31,890 nt of DNA from Armatimonadota bacterium (lineage in GTDB: Bacteria > Armatimonadota > Armatimonadia > Armatimonadales > Armatimonadaceae), in the NCBI GenBank assembly GCA_043754515.1, contig JAYUUO010000194.1, forward strand, positions 1-31,890, written 5' to 3'. The stretch's first letter is position 1. Every line of letters begins with the position of its first letter. Positions 26,462 to 31,890 of this stretch are shown here, one piece after another. A program made the translations under genes and the position numbers. The notes beneath the pieces are model-generated. The model was given only the letters and a program-made list of their open reading frames with translations, searched no databases and was not told the DNA's origin.

Positions 26462-26502
26462 AAGGGGAGCAAAATGTTTACGGAAAGAATTGTGGTCGGC
26501 CC

Positions 26503-26531
26503 TTGACAAATCGCGGTTCTTTCTGTAGACT
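26503..26531 (+). promoter_or_regulatory. Sigma70 promoter of the DUF1559-led glycan locus
   Basis: TTGACA-N17-TAGACT. Confidence 0.8.
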
Positions 26532-26532
26532 G

Positions 26533-26548
26533 GAACCAACGTTAGTTC
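26533..26548. promoter_or_regulatory. LacI-type operator overlapping the transcription start
   Basis: Near-palindrome GAACCAACGTTAGTTC (14 of 16 positions symmetric, central CG), directly downstream of the lacI-family gene. Confidence 0.75.
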
Positions 26549-26619
26549 ACTATCGTTTTGCGACGCACTGCTTGCGTTAATATCCGTTTGAAGACAAGCG
26601 AAAGGTATCTTTTTCCGCC

Positions 26620-27381
26620 ATGCAATCCCTTCCTACCGTTCACAAGTCCGCCCGACGAGGCTTCACGCTAATCGAACTACTTGTTGTAATAGCCATTATC
26701 GCCATCCTTGCCGCGATTTTGTTTCCAGTGTTCGCACAAGCTCGTGAGAAAGCCCGCGCCACCACGTGCCTCTCCAACGAGAAGCAGATCGGCCTAGCCA
26801 TCATACAGTACGTCCAGGACTACGACGAGACGTTCCCGCTCTCCGAGTTCGCCGCCAACACCGCTAGCCCGGGGTACACCTGGGAAAACGCCATCCAGCC
26901 CTACGTCAAGGCGGGGACCGCCAACGGCACTTATTCCGTAACTGGCGCGATATGGGTTTGCCCTTCCTTCGCGCACGCGGAAGAAACGGAGCAATACAAA
27001 GGGCTAGATAACGTCTTCGCGTGGTCAGCCAATGAGCCGATCGCTTATGCAAAAGTAGACGAGCCTTCCAACAAAATCATGGTATTCGAGGGCGGTAGTA
27101 ATTACCCGGCGGGCGACCCTAGCAACTGGGGCTATCGTGACTCGACCAGCGCGGAGTGGTTCTGGACGAGCGACAAAAACACGAATGCCGCTTTCGCCAA
27201 AGATTGTGACGGCACGATGCCGGGAAATTGGTCCGGCTGTAACCGATACCCGCGCTACCGACACAATGGCACCAGCAACTTCGTCTTCATTGATGGTCAC
27301 GTGAAAGGAATGCCGAAAGGTCGGCTATCCTGGTACGTGAACATTTGGAACCCGCAGGTGAACGACCCGAATCCCTGGTAG
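26620..27381 (+). CDS. Prepilin-type N-terminal cleavage/methylation plus DUF1559 / H-X9-DG protein
   Basis: [35 protein letters not shown]...[42 protein letters not shown]. Confidence 0.95.
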   Translation: MQSLPTVHKSARRGFTLIELLVVIAIIAILAAILFPVFAQAREKARATTCLSNEKQIGLAIIQYVQDYDETFPLSEFAANTASPGYTWENAIQPYVKAGTANGTYSVTGAIWVCPSFAHAEETEQYKGLDNVFAWSANEPIAYAKVDEPSNKIMVFEGGSNYPAGDPSNWGYRDSTSAEWFWTSDKNTNAAFAKDCDGTMPGNWSGCNRYPRYRHNGTSNFVFIDGHVKGMPKGRLSWYVNIWNPQVNDPNPW

Positions 27382-27483
27382 TCCGCGATCCGGAAATGGA
27401 TCGTACGCCCGCACCCGCCTTCGCTCCCGTCTGAGGCGGGTCGGGACCCTCTCGACAAATGCACAGGATACTCTCTCAATAGA

Positions 27484-27738
27484 ATGACAAGAACGATTTT
27501 TTTCACCGCCGGGATCATGCTTTCGGCCATCCTTATAACCGGTTGCCAGAAGCCTTCGGAAGTAACCGGAGAGGTTTCGCCATCCAGAAGTGACAGTTCG
27601 ACTCCCATACTGCACGCCCCTCCGTCCAACGTATCGCCGGAAGTCAAGGCGCGGATCGAGCAGGAGCAGGCACAGTTCCGCCAGCGATCCGAGGAGCAGG
27701 CGAAGCAGTCCGCGAGACAGGTTGGGCCGAAAAAGTAG
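27484..27738 (+). CDS. Small lipoprotein
   Basis: Lipoprotein signal MTRTIFFTAGIMLSAILITG|C; Gln/Glu-rich helical tail. Confidence 0.75.
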   Translation: MTRTIFFTAGIMLSAILITGCQKPSEVTGEVSPSRSDSSTPILHAPPSNVSPEVKARIEQEQAQFRQRSEEQAKQSARQVGPKK

Positions 27739-27772
27739 TCTGCCCTGAACGATATACTCTTACGAGGAGAAC

Positions 27773-28387
27773 ATGATACCTATGCGAATTATTTTGAAAC
27801 CTTCCGGTCTGGTAATCATGGTTGCAGTACTTGCCGCGCTGACTCTTGTAGCCGTAAATACGCAGAACAAGAAAGCCCCTGTTTCGGAGGGGTTGCGTCT
27901 ACCGTCTCCCGACTCCGGAGGAATCGTCTACGATGGCGCGCTACGAAACGACTGGTCGGACTTCAGCTGGGCGAAGACCGATTTAAAGAACGCTGTCATA
28001 TCGGCTCCGGGGCTTTGTATCCGGGTCGCGCCGAACAAGTTCGAGGCGGCTTATTTTCATCATGTCCCGATGAGCATCGCTTCGTATGACCGGTTGGCGT
28101 TCCGTATTAACGGTGGGGATACGGGCGGGCAAAAGCTGAGACTGGTCGCCCGTTACATCAAGAACAAAGAAGAAAAGAATGGCACCGAGTATATCCTGCC
28201 CACCCCGCTATCGAAACGGTGGATGTCGTTGACAGTGACATTGGCCGAACTCGGGGTCGCTGAGCAGCCGAACTTTACCGGCTTCTGGATTCAGGAGGGG
28301 GGCGGCGAGACCGCGTCTCCGTTCTACATAGACGATCTACGGTTTTTGCGTCCGGGGGATCCCGCGCCTTCGGATGCGGGGAAATGA
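27773..28387 (+). CDS. Membrane-anchored carbohydrate-binding-module-like (galactose-binding-like fold) protein
   Basis: N-terminal TM; IVYDGALRNDWSDFSWA, LAFRINGG..GGQKL, W..LTVTLAELG, FYIDDLRF; SD GAGGAG. Confidence 0.7.
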   Translation: MIPMRIILKPSGLVIMVAVLAALTLVAVNTQNKKAPVSEGLRLPSPDSGGIVYDGALRNDWSDFSWAKTDLKNAVISAPGLCIRVAPNKFEAAYFHHVPMSIASYDRLAFRINGGDTGGQKLRLVARYIKNKEEKNGTEYILPTPLSKRWMSLTVTLAELGVAEQPNFTGFWIQEGGGETASPFYIDDLRFLRPGDPAPSDAGK

Positions 28388-28563
28388 AACCCGTCGCGAC
28401 AAGCCGCGACATACCTTGCCGGTGGGCGACGTAGCAGTCCGAGGAGAGAACCGTGCCGTCCGAAAGCGTCACGGACGTTCCCAACTCGATATGGCGCAAC
28501 ATCTCTTGGTATTCACCCACCCTGGTTCCAACGAATAAAAATAGTTTTGTGGTCTCTTCTTTC

Positions 28564-28593
28564 TTGCCTTCGCGGGTGTAGCAATCGTAAACT
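28564..28593 (+). promoter_or_regulatory. Putative leaderless promoter of the GH42 gene
   Basis: TTGCCT-N18-TAAACT, then 6 nt to ATG28600; no SD sequence. Confidence 0.6.
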
Positions 28594-28599
28594 GACAGC

Positions 28600-30705
28600 A
28601 TGATGCAAAAAACTCTGGAAACGTCGCCCACACTCATGCTGTCGCGCGTCCTTCACGGCGGCGATTACAACCCGGAACAGTGGCCCCTGTCTGTTCGGGA
28701 CGAAGATGCGCGGCTGATGGGCGAGGCCCGCTGGAATGTGGCCACGCTCCCCGTCTTCGGCTGGGCGGCACTCGAACCGGAAGAGGGTGTTTACACTTTC
28801 GATTGGCTCGACCGCGTTCTAGACGGACTGCATCAAAAGGGAATCCGCGTCTGCCTCGCCACCGCGACGGCGGCGCAACCGGCATGGCTGGATCAGCGAT
28901 ACCCCGATGTTCTGGTAACAGGTGAGAGCGGCGTCAGGGCGCGGCATGGCAACCGGCACGCGTTCTGCCCGAACTCGGCGAATTTCCGGCGGCTGTCTAC
29001 CGCGCTCGTTCGCGCCATCGCCAAGCGGTACAAGGACCACCCCGCGCTGACCCTCTGGCACATCGGCAACGAGTACGGCACGGTCTGCTACTGCGACGCG
29101 AACTGCGCCCCGGCGTTCCGCGACTGGCTCCGGTCGAAGTACGGCACGCTGGACGAGCTGAACCGACTCTGGTACACGAGTTTCTGGGGACACATATTCA
29201 CCGACTGGTCGCAGGTAGAACCGCCGACACTCCACGGCGAGCGGAGCATGAACTCCCAGCGCCTCGACTACCAGCGGTTCCAGTCCGACAGTATGCTAGA
29301 TTGCTTCCTCGCGGAAAAGCAGGTGTTACGCGAGATCACGCCCCATATCCCCGTGACCACGAACTTGATGGGCGCGTTCTTCCCGCTCAACTACCGGAAA
29401 TGGGGCGAGGCCATGGACATCGTTTCGTGGGACAACTACCCCGGCCCCAATTCACCGCCCGCGCACATCGCGTTCACGCACGCACTGATGCGCGGCCTCA
29501 AGGAAGGTGCCCCGTTTCTTCTGATGGAGCAGTCGCCGTCGCAACAGAACTGGCAACCCTACAACGCAATCAAGCCGCCGCGCCAGCTACGCCTCCAGTC
29601 GTTTCAGGCGGTCGCGCAAGGCTCCGACTCGGTCATGTATTTCCAGTGGCGGCGGGGCCGGGGCGGTATCGAGAAGTTGCACGGCGCGGTGATGGAACAC
29701 CACGGCAGAACCGACGCCCGTGTTTTCCGCGAAGTCGCCGCACTGGGCGAAGATTTGGAGCACCTCGGGGACGAGACTCTGGGCGGGCGGGTCGCGGCGC
29801 GGGTCGCCCTGCTCTTCGACTGGGAGAACTGGTGGAACCTGCGCTTCGGCTCCGGCCCGTCCGTTGATCTGGACTACCACCGCGAAGTGCGCGAAGTCTA
29901 CGCCGCCCTACACAAACTCGGCATTCAATGCGAGGTGGTCGCGCCGGACGCGGATCTCGCCCGTTTCGATCTCGTAATCGCGCCGACCCTGAACCTGATC
30001 CGCGAGCGTGATGGGAAGGCGTTACAGACGTACGTTCGGGACGGCGGCACGCTCCTCGCCACGGTGTTCACGGGATTAGTGAACGCACACGACCTCGCGT
30101 ACGAGAACGGCGCGCCGGGGCCGTTCTCGGAAGTGCTGGGCTTGTGGGTCGAGGAGACGGACGCGCTACCGAAGGGGAAGACGAACGGCGTCCGGTTCGC
30201 GGGCGACTTCGGCGGGGTCGGTAGGGGACGGGTGCTCACGGCGACGCTGCTCTGCGACCGCATCCGCCCGACGTCCGCCGAAACGCTCGCGGTCTATGCC
30301 GACGATTTCTACGCGGGCGAGCCGGCATTCACCCGCAACGTCTTCGGCAATGGCTCTGGCTATTACCTGGCGACGAGCCTCGACGAGGCGGGGAACACCG
30401 CGCTTCTCGCCGCCCTATGCGCGACGCTCGGGATCGGCTCGCCCCTCGGGGGCGGTGCCGCGCCGCCGGAAGGCGTGGAGGTCACGGAACGTGTGTCGCC
30501 ATCCGGGACGAGCATTCTTTATCTTCTGAACCACTCTGGGGAGACTCGAACCGCGCGCCTCGCCGAGGGCGTATCGTACACGGATCTTCTGACCGGTAGT
30601 TCCGTGCGCGGCGAAGCGGTTCTGGAGAAGCGCGATGTGCAAGTCCTGCGGAGACACTCGGCGGGGACCGCGAGTCGAAACCCTGGTTCACGATTAAAAT
30701 CATGA
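28600..30705 (+). CDS. Beta-galactosidase, GH42
   Basis: GGDYNPEQW, LATATAAQPAW, WHIGNEY (acid/base), SWDNYP, FLLMEQ (nucleophile), YFQWR...EKLHGA. Confidence 0.96.
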   Translation: MMQKTLETSPTLMLSRVLHGGDYNPEQWPLSVRDEDARLMGEARWNVATLPVFGWAALEPEEGVYTFDWLDRVLDGLHQKGIRVCLATATAAQPAWLDQRYPDVLVTGESGVRARHGNRHAFCPNSANFRRLSTALVRAIAKRYKDHPALTLWHIGNEYGTVCYCDANCAPAFRDWLRSKYGTLDELNRLWYTSFWGHIFTDWSQVEPPTLHGERSMNSQRLDYQRFQSDSMLDCFLAEKQVLREITPHIPVTTNLMGAFFPLNYRKWGEAMDIVSWDNYPGPNSPPAHIAFTHALMRGLKEGAPFLLMEQSPSQQNWQPYNAIKPPRQLRLQSFQAVAQGSDSVMYFQWRRGRGGIEKLHGAVMEHHGRTDARVFREVAALGEDLEHLGDETLGGRVAARVALLFDWENWWNLRFGSGPSVDLDYHREVREVYAALHKLGIQCEVVAPDADLARFDLVIAPTLNLIRERDGKALQTYVRDGGTLLATVFTGLVNAHDLAYENGAPGPFSEVLGLWVEETDALPKGKTNGVRFAGDFGGVGRGRVLTATLLCDRIRPTSAETLAVYADDFYAGEPAFTRNVFGNGSGYYLATSLDEAGNTALLAALCATLGIGSPLGGGAAPPEGVEVTERVSPSGTSILYLLNHSGETRTARLAEGVSYTDLLTGSSVRGEAVLEKRDVQVLRRHSAGTASRNPGSRLKS

Positions 30706-31890
30706 AAAATGTAATATCACTCTTTATCGCGGGCGTCCTGCTCGCCGGAACGGGCGGGACTATCTACGCGATCGTCGGCAGGTCGGGCGCGAAGCCGGAC
30801 ACGTCTCCGACCCATCCCGCCGCTTACGCCTGGAAAAACGTGGTCATACGCGGCGGTGGCTTCGTCTCCGGGATCATCACGCACCCGAAGGAGCGCGGCT
30901 TGATGTACGCGCGAACCGATGTCGGTGGTGCCTATCGGTGGGACGAACGGGCGAAGCGGTGGGTGTGCCTTACCGACCGCTTCGGGGGACCGGAATGGAA
31001 CTACACGGGCATCGAAAGCCTCGCCGTTGACCCGATGAATGCAAAGAAGGTCTACATCGCGGCGGGCACGTATACGAACGACTGGGCGGGAAACGGTGCG
31101 ATCCTGCGCTCGTCCGATCGGGGCGACACGTGGCGGGTGACGCCGCTCCCGTTCAAGAACGGCGGGAACGAGGACGGACGATCCGCGGGCGAGCGGCTCG
31201 CGGTTGACCCGAACCAGCCCGCGAACCTGCTCTTCGGCTCGCGCAACAACGGACTCTTGCGGAGTCTCGATTCGGGCGTGACCTGGAACCCCGTGGCGAG
31301 TTTCCCGGTGAAGGGCAAAACGAACGGCATTGGCACCGTGTTCCTACTCTTCGACGCCAGCACCGGCAAGCCGGGCGCGGGAACGAAAACGATCTACGCG
31401 GGCGTTTCTGACAAGACGACCGCGCTGTACCGGAGCGCGGACGGCGGCGCGACCTGGAACGCCGTCCCCGGCCAGCCGAAGGGGTTTCTGCCGCACCACG
31501 GAATCCTCTCTGCGGATGGCTCGCTCTATGTGACATACGGAAACGCGCCGGGTCCCAACGGCATAACGGACGGCGCGGTATGGAAAATGAGCCGGAAGAC
31601 CGGCGCGTGGTCGGATGTGACGCCGCTCAAGCCGGGCGGCGGCGATAACTTCGGCTACGCGGGGGTCTCCGTGGACGCGAAATCGCCCGGCACGCTCGTG
31701 GTCACCACGATGGATCGCTGGGCAAGGCACGACACGATCTTCCGCACCACGAACGGCGGCAAGAGTTGGAACGACATCGGCCCGCTGTCGGAACGGGACG
31801 CATCCCTCGCGCCGTTCCTCAAGTGGGGCAGACAGACACCCGACGTCGGGCACTGGATGGGCGACATCGAGATTGATCCGTTCAACCCTG
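30702..31890 (+). CDS. GH74 xyloglucanase-like beta-propeller; runs off the window and is absent from the ORF track
   Basis: ATGA overlap with the GH42 stop; MKNVISLFIAGVLLAG...YAWKNVVIRGGGFVSGII...YARTDVGGAYRW...GGNEDGRSAGERLAVDPN...GHWMGDIEIDPFNP; Asp-box repeats. Confidence 0.93.
   Translation, partial: MKNVISLFIAGVLLAGTGGTIYAIVGRSGAKPDTSPTHPAAYAWKNVVIRGGGFVSGIITHPKERGLMYARTDVGGAYRWDERAKRWVCLTDRFGGPEWNYTGIESLAVDPMNAKKVYIAAGTYTNDWAGNGAILRSSDRGDTWRVTPLPFKNGGNEDGRSAGERLAVDPNQPANLLFGSRNNGLLRSLDSGVTWNPVASFPVKGKTNGIGTVFLLFDASTGKPGAGTKTIYAGVSDKTTALYRSADGGATWNAVPGQPKGFLPHHGILSADGSLYVTYGNAPGPNGITDGAVWKMSRKTGAWSDVTPLKPGGGDNFGYAGVSVDAKSPGTLVVTTMDRWARHDTIFRTTNGGKSWNDIGPLSERDASLAPFLKWGRQTPDVGHWMGDIEIDPFNP

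Noticed and set aside
28275..28637. 120-aa minus-strand ORF
   Set aside because: Overlaps both neighbouring genes and the GH42 promoter; no recognisable domain
1..31890. CRISPR array, transposase, integrase, prophage or rRNA
   Set aside because: No regularly spaced repeats or matching protein/RNA motifs seen in the window

Overview
GC-rich bacterial chromosomal segment, most likely Armatimonadota (inferred from prepilin/DUF1559 proteins carrying the 'QYxQDYDE' motif, a DUF6785-type membrane protein and Terrabacteria-type ribosomal gene order). Left to right: the 3' end of a type I restriction-modification methyltransferase; tRNA-Met(CAT); a KanJ-like Fe(II)/2OG dioxygenase; an M48 peptidase with zinc ribbons; then the spc-alpha ribosomal cluster. 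That cluster starts at rpsN with its own promoter and runs rpsN-rpsH-rplF-rplR-rpsE-rpmD-rplO-secY-adk-map-infA-rpmJ-rpsM-rpsK-rpsD-rpoA-rplQ-truA-rplM-rpsI. It is followed by an SH3-NlpC/P60 gene, an exported MsrA, two tandem divergent DUF1559 pilin-like genes (one frameshifted), a very short SRP RNA, a PilH/PilI/PilG-like ABC module, a DUF6785-type membrane protein, and a LacI-controlled xyloglucan-type locus (DUF1559 pilin-like protein, lipoprotein, CBM-like protein, GH42, GH74). Most notable: (1) a glycan locus where a pilin-like protein plus lipoprotein sit where a transporter would be expected; (2) an IF1 with a ~63-aa (RPGG)9 N-terminal extension; (3) repeated leaderless promoter architecture; (4) long structured spacers inside the ribosomal operon, including a 24-bp perfect inverted repeat before secY. 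All family calls come from motif recognition; no searches were run.
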